Source: Botryllus schlosseri (taxonomy: Eukaryota). From it: a stretch of DNA of 64,000 nt. The notes beneath the pieces were generated by a model, which saw only the letters and a list, made by a program, of their open reading frames with translations, did not search any database and had not been told where the DNA came from. The DNA lies in the NCBI GenBank assembly GCA_051294905.1, contig CM119371.1, positions 5,024,001 through 5,088,000 of the forward strand, written 5' to 3'. A program made the translations under genes and the position numbers. Shown piece after piece: positions 37,315 through 51,188 of this stretch. Each line of letters begins with the position of its first letter. The first letter of the stretch is position 1.

Positions 37315-37752
37315 TAGATGCCTCTGTTAGAAAAATAGGTAGCGGCAACTTTGAAATTGAAAGTACTTTATTGTTAGTTTTCATGATTGATGTTCCCAGT
37401 GAGAACACGCTATCAATGCTCAAATATCTTGGAAGCAGCAAATTGTATGCACAGCATTTACTGTCACTTGCAATATGGAACGTACGGAAATGCCAGCATG
37501 CATACCAGATTAACACCCAATGATCATATATACATTGAAAGTTATACACAAATATTTTTCGAACAGTTTGTCGTATGTGTTCGATGACTTTTTCATACCT
37601 GCTTGTGCTTAAGTTGTTCACTCCCTTAATACAAGACCCTCGTCGAAGGGAAATATCTACTTGGGCCCATTTAATAGCTACCTAACCAAGAGATCTATCA
37701 ACTGACCTATCATTTTGAATGGGTTACCATCTGTGAATTGCTGTATGGCAAA

Positions 37753-37875
37753 TACCTCATTACCTCTTGTCGCCATAATAACACTCTTGCCATACCTGAT
37801 TACCTCTGATAGTCCTATTAACACTCTTGACCTACCTGATTGCCTCTGATAGTCGTATTAACACTGTTGCCCTAC
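37753..37875. repeat. Minisatellite, 3 x ~39 bp
   Basis: Unit tacctgattacctctgatagtcctattaacactcttgcc. Confidence 0.8.
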
Positions 37876-39148
37876 TTCGCCCAGACATTGCTTTATTCAT
37901 TCATTTGCTATCATTTAATTTTTCTTCATCTTTTCAACTACAATTCGTTACAGACGGATGATACAGACACAATGTAGGCATATACTTGTACCATGCGAGT
38001 TTTATCAGACCACTTGACTTCCAAGGCTGTATCGATCTCTCCTATCAGACACCAAATACTGTGCATGCACATATTTTCTGTATGATCATTGCTGCTGTCC
38101 ATTTGTTCTGTATTTCTGTTCGTATGAAAATAAAGACGCACAGTCTCTCTCAGTTGGTATTCCAATCAATACTGCGCAGCAACATCAAGTATGAGTACTC
38201 GTAGTACAGCAGAGGTGACAATTCCGTCTTAGCTGTACAAGTTCACGTACAATTGGTTAGGTCAACGATGCTTGCATGAGTTCAGAAGTAGGTGGATGCA
38301 GCAAGAATCTCGGCGAATCGTTCGTATTCTGACTGCATCCGGTTATTTAACCATAGCACTTTGGAACTCTTCGTATGGCGCAAACATTCCCTCGGAGCTC
38401 CAATTATGAGCATACAAATCAGTATCCTACTTGTTCTTACTTCATTAAGCGTAGGTGAAGATCTCTTGTAAAGGTAAAGGTGGGCGTCAAGTTCTGGTAC
38501 TTTCACGACAGCAATTTGCAATTATTAGTATGGCGTAAACTTCCCCTCGGAGCTATAATTATGAGCATACAAATCACTGATCAAATTAGTAAGAGTAACC
38601 ATTCAAATCAGTAACCAGAAATGCGAATAAATAATGTACAAAACCGAAACCTGTCAAAAACGCATACGGTCTCCATAGTAACGGGCCTACGTCACACGGT
38701 GCCGGACGAATAGCCTGAGAAAATTATTCGTCCGGTAACGGACGAGTAGCCACCGCCTTTTTTATTTCATCGATCATACAAAAGCTAATGTTAATAACCA
38801 TGCAAGATGTGGAATGATAGATTTATTAATCTCCGAAACTGATATTAGATCAGTGGTTTTCAACCTTTGCTAACATGACGAACTCTTGCGCTAATCAGCA
38901 AGCCTTCTATGGCCGAAAATTATTGCCCAGTAAGAGTATCATAGAATACCAAAATCTACCTCATTATACGCCTGACACATCACTGTAAAATATTGTTCCT
39001 CAAATCAACAGTGCATCAAAAGAACGACACTCTATGATTGTCTCACGAAAAAAAATATTAGAAAGAATATTTCCTGCCAGGCAGTTCTGCTTCCTACTTT
39101 TTTGCCGCCGTACGACCCTAAGGTGTCGCTATGACTCCATAAGGTCTG

Positions 39149-39895
39149 CAGAGATGAGCATGGATTAGGATTAGGTTTACCTTAGTTATCTATAGACAAA
39201 CTTTATTTAGATCACTTAATGATGTACTTATGGTTACTAATAGAGGTCGACCGATTATCGGCTTGGCCGATTATCGGCGCCGATATTTGGAACTTTCTCG
39301 AATATCGGTATCGGCCAATCTAGGCCGATATCGCGACCGATATTTTATATCTAACTACAATCTACCTTTTCTGAACTGATCTGCAATTCTGTATCATGTT
39401 TTGATTTTCGGGTTATCCCAAATTTCAACGAATGTTCACAATTAAGCAATAAGTCTTTTCGATTTCAGTTTTCTCGTTTGTTGTTCACCTTTCTGTGGCA
39501 TGAACAAGTGCCACCTTGCCTAATATATAATATTTTTGGCGAAATAGTTCTCTGCTCCTTCCATATTAATATCGGCCTATGATATCGGTTATCGGATTTT
39601 GTGAGCGTCGAAATATCGGTATCGGTATCGGCCTGTAAAAATCAATATCGGTCGACCTCTAGTTACTAAGTTATCGTGAATCAAGTGAATCGTTTGTTGT
39701 GAAAGAAAATTTTCGAATCCCTCCATTGCATAAATTAGATTTTTTTCTGAATTTCCAGCTGGAATCGGATCAGGATTGGACATGGACTTGAATTTGAAAA
39801 AGTTATGGAGTTATGGATTAGAATTTGGATTTGCATTTGAAGGTTCGGATTTGGATTGGATTAGGACATAGAAATTTCAAATCCGCTCATCTCTG
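39149..39895. mobile_element. hAT-like MITE with GGATT subterminal repeats, host of a nested element
   Basis: TIR CAGAGATGAGC / GCTCATCTCTG with perfect TSD AAGGTCTG (39141-48 and 39896-903). Confidence 0.88.
39241..39661. mobile_element. Young 421-bp hAT-like MITE with ATCGG subterminal repeats
   Basis: Perfect 15-bp TIR TAGAGGTCGACCGAT and perfect TSD GTTACTAA. Confidence 0.92.
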
Positions 39896-42800
39896 AAGGT
39901 CTGCCCAATGATTGGGTATGCGAGACCTCAGGACTCAGGTGTTCTGCTTTTCATATTCACTGCTCAGTGCTCAGTTTAGTTTAGTTGTTAGTTGTAGGTC
40001 GAATTTTCAAGTAGTTCTAATTCTAGTTCGTGATTTTGAATAGTTTATAGTTATGGTTAGGGAAAATTAGCTGCCGATAAACTGAAACTTGAATCAGAAG
40101 TCAGAAGTAGAAAACGTATTGTCATCTAACGTAAATTGTGATGCCAGTGTTTTATTGGGTGATGTTCTTCCAACTAATAACAATTACAAGCTCAGAATCA
40201 TCACTAGTAACGGTTGAGCAGCTAAGGGGTGGTTTTCGATGGTCAAAACCCATCCCATTTCAAACTTGCACTGATGTTCATTGTTCATGCAGAAAGCCGA
40301 TTCTAATAAGATAAATATGAAGTCGATTCGAGATTGAATCTATACTTGTGATTCATAGTTGCGAAGGCAGTTAGTTCTAGTCTTTTCTAGCGTGTCTAAA
40401 AGTGAGTAATTCGAGTTTTGTTTACTCAATTTGAAAATTCAGTAGTTTGTACAAGTATGACTGAGAACGGTGCTTTTTCCATGCATATGTCTATCTTGAA
40501 AAGGGCCTGCAATAGAGTTTGGATAAATATATATCTTCGAAAAGGTTATCTGACATTCTGCAGCACTTGTTCGGTACGCCTTTACACATTGGAAGGTGAT
40601 CCCCATGATCACCACCAATCGGCGTTCCCAAAAACTCCATGACTATAGTACGTGAATGAAAGATCTGACACTGTCACATTTTTGTTTTGGCGGGTACGGA
40701 AATGATGTATTGTTTGTGCACATTCAAACGGGACATTGTATTTCACTAGCCAAATTCAACTCAATTGTCATTCGATTAAGAGAGATATCCAACACATGAA
40801 AATAGGGAACAATTGAATATCGCCCAAAAACCATAAATGTTGACATGCTCAATTGCTCGTGGGGAACATTGATTGTTGGTAATCATGGGGAATATTTCCC
40901 AGTGTGCGGACTCCGGAGTATACCAAAGAAGGTATTGCAGCATGTGCATAAGTTTGCTAATGTTAACAATCTTCAAACTGATTATCGTCGTATAAAGCTT
41001 GCATCCCTGGAAGTGTTGATGTTTGTCTGATGTTTTTGGTTAATGTCACATTATGATTTGTGAGAGCAGCTTGGTTCCTATGTTCATATTTTCACTGTTG
41101 AAAATGCCACTAGTGCCGATGGGCACAATGATTACATTACTGTACTCGAATTTAGTATTATTGCAATAATTCAAGTTGAGTAGTGAGAGATGATTTTTTC
41201 ATGTACGGTACTGTAATCTTACACTCCTTGATACCATACTAAGAGTTATATTATTGCGGCCATACATCGGTGATCGAATTTGTTGGAAGTAAAGCAATCA
41301 GCTATTATGAGCTGAATAATTTTGACGCTGTTGTTTATGCACAGTTGATTTTGCGCACCAGTATGCTATAGTAATGCATCAGTTGTGCAATGTGATGGAT
41401 TTTGGTTTTCGTAATAAGGCGAAAATTTGTAGTTTGCTGAAGGCCTGCAGATTATCGTATGGACTTACCTAGTTATCGTAGCTAAGAAACGCCAAGAACT
41501 ACTGCTAAAAGGGTTATAGATTTCAGAATGCCTTGCCTTTTGATTTGATAAGTGGGTGGTGGAAGTTTTTAATATTGACCGAGGAGGTATGGCTTAAAAA
41601 GTTGAAGAACTACTGCTCTAGAAGATATCTAGTCGGGATACTGCCAACGTTCCTACTCGTATTACAGTGTTACAGCTTTGTAAAGTAGACAGACTTTTTG
41701 AAAATTTTTGACAATCTTGTTTTCAAATTTTACTGGCTAGTAGATGAAAATGCCAAGTTTGTTGAACGAAAACTAATATGGTAGAAAATTATTGATTTTT
41801 AACAACAATCAAAAATTTCATTGACATTGTATCGGCTCCCACATGGAATGGTTAGGTTGTCTACAAAAATATTCATCAACTCCAACCCATAGAAGTAGCC
41901 GGGTACGAAATGTTGGATAATGAAAAATAATACTATTTCCGATAGGACATTTCATCGTTAAAACTTGATTGAACGGGTTCATGAGCCTGTAGCATTGCAC
42001 AGTTGCAGTCTTGCAGAGTTAACTAGGCCTTGTGAAACCCAAATCGATATTTGGGTCCTGTGATTCTAATTTTTTTCTAAGCTCCAAAGATGATCTGAAA
42101 AGCGATACCATAGTAATTGCTAGGGCTGGGTAGTGTCCTAGTGGGCACCAGGTTTTAATGAATTGATTGGGGCAATAAGGGATGGTTTTTTCTGAGTTTC
42201 GAAATCATAATATGATCCTCGCCGCTAAGATGTAACTTGTGTAATGAGAATTTGAGTTTCGATGCTATTTTCTTCTGTGAAAGGATTGAAAACACGAATT
42301 GTTACAGTCAAAAGTTCAATGAAATGGTTGTGGTCTAAAAACACCAAGCTATCTTTATTGTGATATAAAACTGGCATTATACACTTCGTGATCGTGTAAA
42401 TGGTACATATCTGAACTTAACACATCTTTCGTATTGTTATGTCGTCACAATGAAGGATACTCCAATCCCCAACTTGACTCGAAGCCTAATACTCGATTTA
42501 TATCTACTGATTACACATGGGGAACTCATGCGGGGACCACGTTAAAAGGTCTAAAATTGGAATTAAAATTGTTGGAACCATATTGAATGGTTCCGGGAAT
42601 TCAAAAGGTCATTTACTTAACATTTCGTAACTATATTCATAAATATGGTAAGATGCCATGCAAAATTCTTCCATCTTGTTTTGATTGCAGAAATTCAAAA
42701 TGAAATGAGGTCTATAAAAAGGGAACCAATTTGAAAGCTAGGATTTATCAGGCAGTGTCCACTCTTGTGTGCAGTGTGTTCTAAAATCTTCAAGTTTAGT

Positions 42801-44989
42801 CCTGTCGTCAATTGTAGCCAGTGTTGGGGTCAATTCACCACCTTTTCTATCCACGACAATATGACCATCACCAATAAGTGTTTCCGGTGAACATGTTAAA
42901 ATTTATCGTGTTCGTAATGGGTTTAGGGCAGACTTGGACAACTAGAACTTTCAGCTTTTTTAAAGTTAGCTAGCTAGCTACACATATTTTAAATTTCCGA
43001 ATTTGATTAGACTTAGACTTACTGATACTGAATTTGTGAAAACTTGGCAGTTGAATCAATTTAATCTCATATCAAATCAGAGTTCATTTCCTTACTTATG
43101 AGAATGTGTGTATAGAAATCATGGCTCGTTTCACACGGTATAGTTCTCCTCTAGCATTTTCAATAAAATCAGACGTCAGATAAGAAATAAAATGAGATCA
43201 TATACACATTTCACAGATTAGATTACAATCTGTATTTGAACCAGTGTTGGGATAAAGTCTCTACCTTCGAGTCATGTCAGGTCAATCGATTTTTGAAGGT
43301 GACTCGAGTCAAATCAAGTCACGAGTCAATTCACGATGCCAGTCAAATTGAATTTTCGAAGTATGAGTGATGATGAAAAGTCATTACAGTTTGCTGACTG
43401 TGGGAAATCCAGATTAATTGACCAAAATGACCATTTATCTTGAATCTTATAACGAATATAAAGTTAACTATACATGCAAAAAGGCGTTGTATCACTCACC
43501 AACACGCAGAACTGCTAAATAATACGTGCGTAACTGAATAGCTAGCTACATGCTATACAGTCTGTTATTATCTGCCAAAATGGTGGATCGAATACGAAGC
43601 CCCGGGATGTTGAAACAAATTGCTATGGCACAATACACAACTCAGCTACATGTCCGTGAGAATTTGAAAGCATAAACTATATTCACTCGATTTAAATTAT
43701 ACGAGAAAGTTAGTAAAGGTGAGCACTGCATAATGTAAGCACTTGATCCGTCTAACAAACAGAGATGAGTCCCTATTAGATCGGTGGTTCTCAATCTTTT
43801 TGTCTTCGCGTATCCATTTTCAGATCGCAACCGACCCACGTGGACCCCTCATGCATATGCATCTTTGGTGCCTTTCCTGTCGGCAAATCAGTTCAATTAG
43901 CTTGAAATTAATTTCAACTCGGAGCCTTCAAGGCGAGACGGTGGCATTTACGGATTTCATAAGAAATCTCCAAAGATCAACGACAGGACTGAGCATGGTG
44001 ACCCTGATCTTGAGAATTGTCTGAAATTAGCTCGTGTGTAGAAAAATGCTCAATAAGTAGAGTTGTGCATAAATAATATCCTGAATGATGAATATCATGT
44101 GACATCAACGACTATTATTGGTATTGTAATTATTCATGTTTCATAGAACTCCGTTGCGTTCAGCTGCTTGTCTGCATCTTCACCATTTAGGACATGCTCG
44201 TAAAACGTCAAGCATACTAGCATTAGACATGCATTCATTTCGGTAAGTGAGGCTTAAGTCGCAAGTAGGGCTGGGCAAAATCGCGTACCTGATTGATTCG
44301 ATTCTGAATCGCGTAATATGCTTCGAGTCGAGTAATCGAGTATCACCAACTATGACGTCATAACAGGATACAATACGTCAAAGTTAAAATCTGTACCATT
44401 TATGCCACCACAGAGGATATTGTTTGTTTGTTTTGGGGTATTCATGGTGTTTGTCGACTACTATGGTCATTTACACCAGGCCGATATTCTTCTTATTTTC
44501 CGTAGCTGCCGACTTATAGCACGGCTCACCACAGAGGATATAATGCCTGTTATCCATCCCATAAATCAGGGCCAGGCAACATATGGCCCGCGGGCTGGAT
44601 CCGGCCCGAAACTTCATTTAGTCCGGCCCGCAGGCAGCTTCCCGTCTCACATGATAATGTGGCCAGCTTCCGATCGATCTGTCGAGATTCTCCACTACTT
44701 GCTTAGGCCTACTGCGTCAAATTTTAATGACTATGTTAATATATTCGTGTGTGCGCAGACTGCGCACTCCTCAGCGTGCGAGAGTGGAGGTTACGGGTAA
44801 GCTCGTCGAGGGGAGACGACTTGCATTGTCACCATTTATTATGTACTTAACCCAAATGGTGTTTGTCGATTGCAGTGGTCATTTACACCAGGCCGATATT
44901 TCTTATTTTTGATTCCGTAAACGCCAATTGGTAGCACAGCAAAAGTCCAGGCTTTTGTGGGACATCACTTAATAGTTATGCCGATGAGT

Positions 44990-45110
44990 TGAGTTGACGA
45001 GGAGGAGCCTAGATAAACCTCCAACACGTGGGTAGCAATTTTAGAGTGGGACTCGAACCTCAACACATTGGGTTTTGTAGCTTTGGATTACACCACTGTT
45101 CTATCTCGCC
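44990..45110 (-). mobile_element. Degenerate tRNA-derived SINE head
   Basis: Minus strand tagaacagtgg (A-box-like) and GGTTCGAGTCC (B box) at tRNA spacing, with no complete cloverleaf. Confidence 0.5.
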
Positions 45111-46139
45111 ACCTACTCAACCCTAATGGACTGATATATTGGTAAATTTGGGGTACCGGGCTTATCGAACAATTTAAAATATTTAATTAAGGATTGCACC
45201 TTGTATTGATTGATCAGAGAGAGAAGCAGACATGGCGGTGCATGTATATCAGTGGTTCTCAAGCTTTGGGGCGTGAAAACATCTGAAGGGGGCGCGAAGT
45301 CACAGTTAACTGGAAAATTTTCCGCGCTTCGCGTGATTTACCTCCTGCTCATGGTGTTTACTGTACGTATCTATTTTCTGAATTTCATATTTGAGAATTC
45401 TCTCAGCAATAGCCATAACCTTTAATGTCACCAAACTATACGTTGGGATGGCTAGCATTCTGATTCACCTCTTTAATATTTGTGATATCACGACAGGGGG
45501 GCATGGAATTTTTCACTATCAAAAAGGGGCGCGTCTTCAAAAAAGTTTGAGAACCACATGGCAATGCTGTTCTCAAATCCACATTCTCTTCGACATTATC
45601 GGCGAGAAATTGCTTTGAAATAACATTGCTTCGTTGTAATAATATCATTAAATACGGTTTATTCCATGTATAATGTATATGTGAATAAAGTTGCAAATAA
45701 TGTATCGTTTCAGCATTCCGGCCTGCCAAGTACCGTGATTTTCCATGTATAATGCGCAAAATTTACACGATTTTTTTGCTCTAAAATCGGGGGGGTGCGT
45801 ATTATACATGGGAACAACACGCTTGAAAAAAATCTCCCTCGATAAAAAACTTGAAATCACACCTTTCTTCATGTTTGTTTCCAATCGCGCATCACTTTCA
45901 ACCATTGCGGGTAGTAATTCGTATTATAGAGTGTGACGCGCTGCCAATTAAGGGAAGCGCATTGCTAATTGACGAGAGCCGTGTGCACAATCACACGATC
46001 TCCTGCTGAGTTGGTTTGCCGTTTGTACGCGAGCGAAATGAGGTCAGTAATAGACACTCGCACGCGGCAATTCTCGCCAACTAATCGCGTCAACGACAGG
46101 CCCGAACAATCGCATATACAAGAGGCCATGTGCGCAAGA

Positions 46140-47178
46140 CAGAGATGCCACTGAGATATTTTGGAAAAACCCAGATTTGGACGTTAAAAAACCCCAGAAA
46201 AACCCAGATCCTCTATTTCACTCAAATTTCTATGATATAGCTGTAAAACAGTGACTGAGAGTCATCAATCACAGTTATACGGACATAAAAGAAGTTTTAG
46301 CCCTTGATATTGAAATCCCTACGGTTCATTTCCATACTATAATATGCATGTTGCTCAGTTAAATGAGCAAATCCATCGAGATATGATGTTTTTCTCTCGA
46401 CACATTGCTAACAGGCATTCGGTATGGGGGGTCAATACGTAGTGTATTATATATTCGTAATGTCAGTAACAATGCTAATCCCCATCTATCGTGAGGATGA
46501 TTGTAGGGTAGTTCTAGTGACTGTGAGCTGACCAGATAGATTGAAAATAGCTTTCGATTCATTAAACCTGGGACAAATACTTTTATCTTGGATGTTTAGT
46601 CGAAAAACAAACTGATAAATCATGAAATTAAGAGTACATTTGCGTTTAACAAACCCCTCTCACTCTGAATAACTTGCCCGGTTGCCCAAAATGTCTCTCT
46701 TTGAGTGTCCCTGTTGAAAGTGAATATACTGTGATGTCAACATGGTAAACTAGTTAGATCAACAATTGGTCTTTCCATGTGCGTAAATTGCATACTTTAC
46801 AGCAGTTACATACTATTTACTGACACACAACGAATTTGTTGCAGCGCTACCGGTAGCATTCAAGTCCTAAATCAGAATTGCCCTGTGAACATGACTTTCT
46901 GTGATCTAGTAGTCAGTATTCAATGAAGCTCTATCGCATCACGCCAAGACCTCTCATTTTAATAGTAAATGGGTCTCTTTGGACTCTGCCGTTTCAATCA
47001 CAGTGGAATCGTCGACATTAGAAGATCTTACTAATCCAATCATCCATTTTGCGCCGTAAAATTGACCTGACAAACATGATGTTGAAAAAAACCAGATTTC
47101 AAGCACAAAAACCCAGAAACCCAGATGGTGCTCGCAAAACCCAGATCTGGGTGGAAAAATCCAGGAGTGGCATCTCTG
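46140..47178. mobile_element. 1.04-kb non-autonomous DNA transposon (8-bp TSD; hAT or P superfamily) inside a CCGTA MITE
   Basis: Perfect TIR CAGAGATGCCACT / AGTGGCATCTCTG, perfect TSD GCGCAAGA, AACCCAGA subterminal repeats. Confidence 0.9.
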
Positions 47179-48769
47179 GCGCAAGATATAATCGCTTGCG
47201 TAATCAGTCGCATCTCCAACAGACCTGTTGCGCATGACATAACCGTTAGCCTAGGCGCAATCGCATCTGTAATAGGCATCATGCTCAAGATGTCGGTTCG
47301 TTGGCCTAAACTAACTTGCCGCCGGCCTCGCAGGCTTTGGCTGCCATCTACTATGTTCGTCGTCTTTAGAGGATGTTTCTGAGTTGGTTGAACGAATACA
47401 CAGAGGGGGTCAGCAACGAAGTACTATTTTACCTGAGTACTAGCGTCATTATGAGTTTAGGCTACTTCCACTTCTACTTGACACTTTTTAGGTAGTACTG
47501 TTTGGTCAGTTCGGGGATTTTGTCAACTAGAAAGTAGCTTTGGCGCATGATTGCATCCCCTTCAAGCGTGAGGTTGTCATAACAACTGGGCAAAATAGCC
47601 CCAGTAAAACGGTAACTAAATTGATTTTTGAAAATTGCACATATTTGTGGTGTCATCACCCTTTTGCGTTGATCAAGAAGATGCAACATGAAATGTTTAC
47701 AGTTGTCACGTGGCATTAATTTCTAAAACTAAGGGACCCAACCAAATCTACTTCATGTACCGAATTTCTTGACTACTTTTCAGGAATTAATTTCTACTTC
47801 CACTTGAAGTACTTTGGACATGTCCTGGAAGTAATTATTGCTACTTGTACTGGAGTATAAATTGAGGCATTACTTGTACTCGGTTCCCAACAATGACCAC
47901 GTTGACCACCTCTGGGTATAGGATGACCGATCTTGTCACTGCGTTTGAGCTGCTCTAAGAGTTATTTGATAGTTACTTCCCTTAGTTCGCTAAATAGCGC
48001 ACATATGTGACATCAACTATTTGTCAAAATCGCGTGTGATTTGCCAAATCCACTTCAATCGCAGTTGTGAAGTAGTGCCAATAAGATCGGCATTGTATAA
48101 GGCAACAATAAAGTGCACTGCTTTGCTTAGTCTTGATGGCAGGTTCTCCCAAAATATACTTCCGATGTGTTCAGCGGTTTTATAGCAGCACGCCAGCACC
48201 CAAACCAGCAGACAGTACATCCTGATCCTTGCGGGTCCCGGCTGCTTCAGTCATATCTTCCATCCAAAATCAGGCTCCACAACAGACAAATAGTTCTGCT
48301 TGAACTAACAAATACTCTTACCAGAATATAAACCAATCGCTTTACTTCAAAGGCATAAATTTAAGTACATATGATCAGTGTTGAGTACCGTAATACGACT
48401 ACGTTACCGATGGATTTCTGTGTAATTCTGACGATATCATTCTAAATGCTTTGTACAGGATTGACATCTAGCATAGGTGAATCTCTGATGACTTCCACAA
48501 TAAATTTCCGAAACGTTTACAACCAGAAATCAACAGTACACTATGCGATATTTCGCACTGAAGCAGGTGCGCGAGAAAGTAGCTTGCTAACCAATTTGTG
48601 GTTGCTATGCGTATCTAGTCACGTGATCGAAGTCCTGCAAAAGGCCTATTAATAGCACTTCCCGACTCGTTGACAAGCATATCATACGTTCAAGTTTGTT
48701 AACACGAAGATATTGCATAATCATCATTTATGCATGATCGTAACCCTCTTGAATTGATGCTATATTAAC

Positions 48770-51188
48770 CAGGGTTGTAACCAAGTCACATGGTTCCGAG
48801 TCACGAGTCAATCTTACTTCTGTGGTTTTGACTCACGTCGAGTCGAGTCATTTTCAATTCATCACCGAGTCAAGCCCGAGTCCAAGTCACCGTTTTGAGG
48901 GTCAAGTCAAGTGTTATGACTCGAGTCCGAGTCCAAGTCACAGTATTGAAGTCATGTTCAACTTAAGTTTTCAATCCTGCTTGAGTGATATCAAATTCCT
49001 TGCTTGCCAAACATGCTTATTTTGTCCCCATCATAGCCTTGGTTCATGTTTATTTAGGCAGATAACGGACAGTTCCTGGCCTCATTTACCGATGCTACAG
49101 ATATACGAGACGAGCCGCCAATACGATAACTTTACTAATCTGTCTTGTCAGTCTGATACATCACAAATACAAGCATTCAGTTTTTATTACGAGCACATCG
49201 ACGACTGCTCACAATATTACCTCTTCATCACTGGATGATTTTGTACAATGCATTGCTACTATGTACCATTGTCTTTTGTTGTTTCCGACGGCATATCTGA
49301 TATGAAGGAAAGGAAAGGACGTAGTTTATTTTTGTCCTTGATGTTTTTGCTGCATAAAGACCGACTCATGATTCACATACACGCGATCTGTGCATAAATA
49401 GGGTTGTCCATAATTTGGAAAATCTTACAAATCCTCGGTTGTAATGTCTTATTCGATAGATTATTGATAAAAAACGACACTGAGCCTGAAAGAAGCTCAC
49501 AGAAAGGCCGTTAAGATTTCGTGCAAAGCGTTTGAAAGTAGCTGCCGAAGAATGGGCGTGCCACCGACCATAGAACGGCGAGAAGACCAGTAATCAAGAA
49601 ACCACGGCTCTTGATTGGATAATCGGCTATGCTTCAATGACCACGTCAGCAGCAGCTTGCTGATTAGGAGAACAAGGAGTCTGCTACTGGCGGCGATTCT
49701 GAAAGCGCGTTGTATGTAGGTTGACAGATAAAGATTTAGGATTGATTAAGGGTATGTTGAGGTATAAAAATACATGATGAACAAACAACAGCTGCTTCAC
49801 AAAAATGTCCAAAGCATGACTGCTTTATTGTGAAAGAAACCGCCGTAGCCTATATGCCCTGTTTTCAACGAGGGGAAGCATAGGCGCTTATGCAAGTGGC
49901 GACGGATTCCTAGTTTCAGAAATAATATATCATTATTGAATACAAAGATAAAGCTTAACAATGACACTATAGTTTGTGTGATCTCATTGGGCTCAGGTTG
50001 TAGTACATAGTTGAAGTTTTGAAAGCTCTAAGGGTCGGCTGAATCAGCGGGTTATGCTTGGCACTTGTCAGATGCTTGATCGAAGAACTCTAATATATGC
50101 TTTGAGAATCGATACTATGATGTTGGCAAGGGATATGAAACAGATGCTACGGTGTGACATATGATATATGAGATTTTCAAATTTTCCTGTACATCATATT
50201 CTTCTAAGCGGTTTTCTAGACCGCTGAAAATACCTAGAGTTGTTCTACTTTCGCCTTTTCGACCACCCAGTTTGATTTGTGCCAGACAAATTGAAATTAT
50301 ACGATATATACAGTCTACATCTAAAATTGGAATTAATAATTATTTATTAAATATTTAATATTGTCTGTAAACAACAACACGATAGGAATAATTCAATCTG
50401 GGCGATCAAAATGTACCAAAATACTATTTTAAATCTTTGCAATTGGAATTGGGTCAGTTAAATTCAAATCAGTCGATAAATAAATTATATAGTCTGTATC
50501 TACAAAAGAAAGCCTATCCTCCATGCAGTGAAAACTGGAAACTTTTTGCGCGGGAGGTTTTTGTTCAAACAGTCTTAACTTTTGTGAGTTTTGAAATCAG
50601 GACACAAAAGCTCATCATTTGTGACTACAGGACACACAAAATTTAGAAATTTTTGTCTAGTCATAACCCTAGTGCATATGCTGCTGGACAAGGAAGTGCA
50701 GATATAGCCTTTACAGCTTTCTAAGTCATGCACCACCCCTCAATGCTATCCCAGTAATGCATGAACGCCAAGCAAGGAAGCCATGGATACCAGTGTTACT
50801 AATCAGGTCTTTGGTCTGACCCGGCCGGGAATCGAACCCACGACCTACCGATCAAGAAGCAGGACGCTTAAATATTACGCTATCTTTCCGGTCTCGTCTA
50901 TCAGACGAGTGCAACGAAAGCAGTGGTGACAAATAGCGATGTCTACAGAATTCGTCACATGCGTTGATCTAACCATTGTGATTCACAAATATCTTCACCT
51001 TCAAGTCATATAAAATAAGCCGAGTCAATGACTTGAGTCGAGTCATGCGTAATGACTCGAGTACAAGTCGAGTCAATCCAAATATTGACTCGAGTCGAGT
51101 CATTTTCCCATTTCAAGAAAATGACTCGAGTCAAGTCGAGTCACAAAAAAATCATGACTCGAGTCTGACTCGAGTCATTACAATCCTG
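48770..51188. mobile_element. 2.4-kb non-autonomous hAT-like element with GAGTC/GACTC subterminal arrays
   Basis: TIR CAGGGTTGTAA / TTACAATCCTG with perfect TSD ATATTAAC. Shorter relatives at 35904-36404 and 59728-60144, partial ones at ~56426, ~17586 and ~43241. Confidence 0.88.
50660..50893 (-). mobile_element. tRNA-derived SINE (tRNA-like head plus a core resembling the Meta/MESC domain)
   Basis: Minus strand reads gatagcgtaa (A-box-like) ... GGTTCGATTCC (B box) followed by gggtcagaccaagac...ctggtatccatggcttccttgcttggcgttcatgcatt. Core assignment is from recall and unverified; the 3' end is approximate. Confidence 0.7.

Noticed and set aside
48822..49238. Ser/Pro-rich short ORFs (also 30209-30460, 51033-51224, 59881-60249)
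   Set aside because: They are translations of GAGTC/GACTCC subterminal repeats of MITEs.
50820..50893. Possible tRNA gene (B box GGTTCGATTCC on - strand); likewise 45044-45110
   Set aside because: The D-arm and anticodon arm are degenerate and the sequence runs into a SINE-like body.
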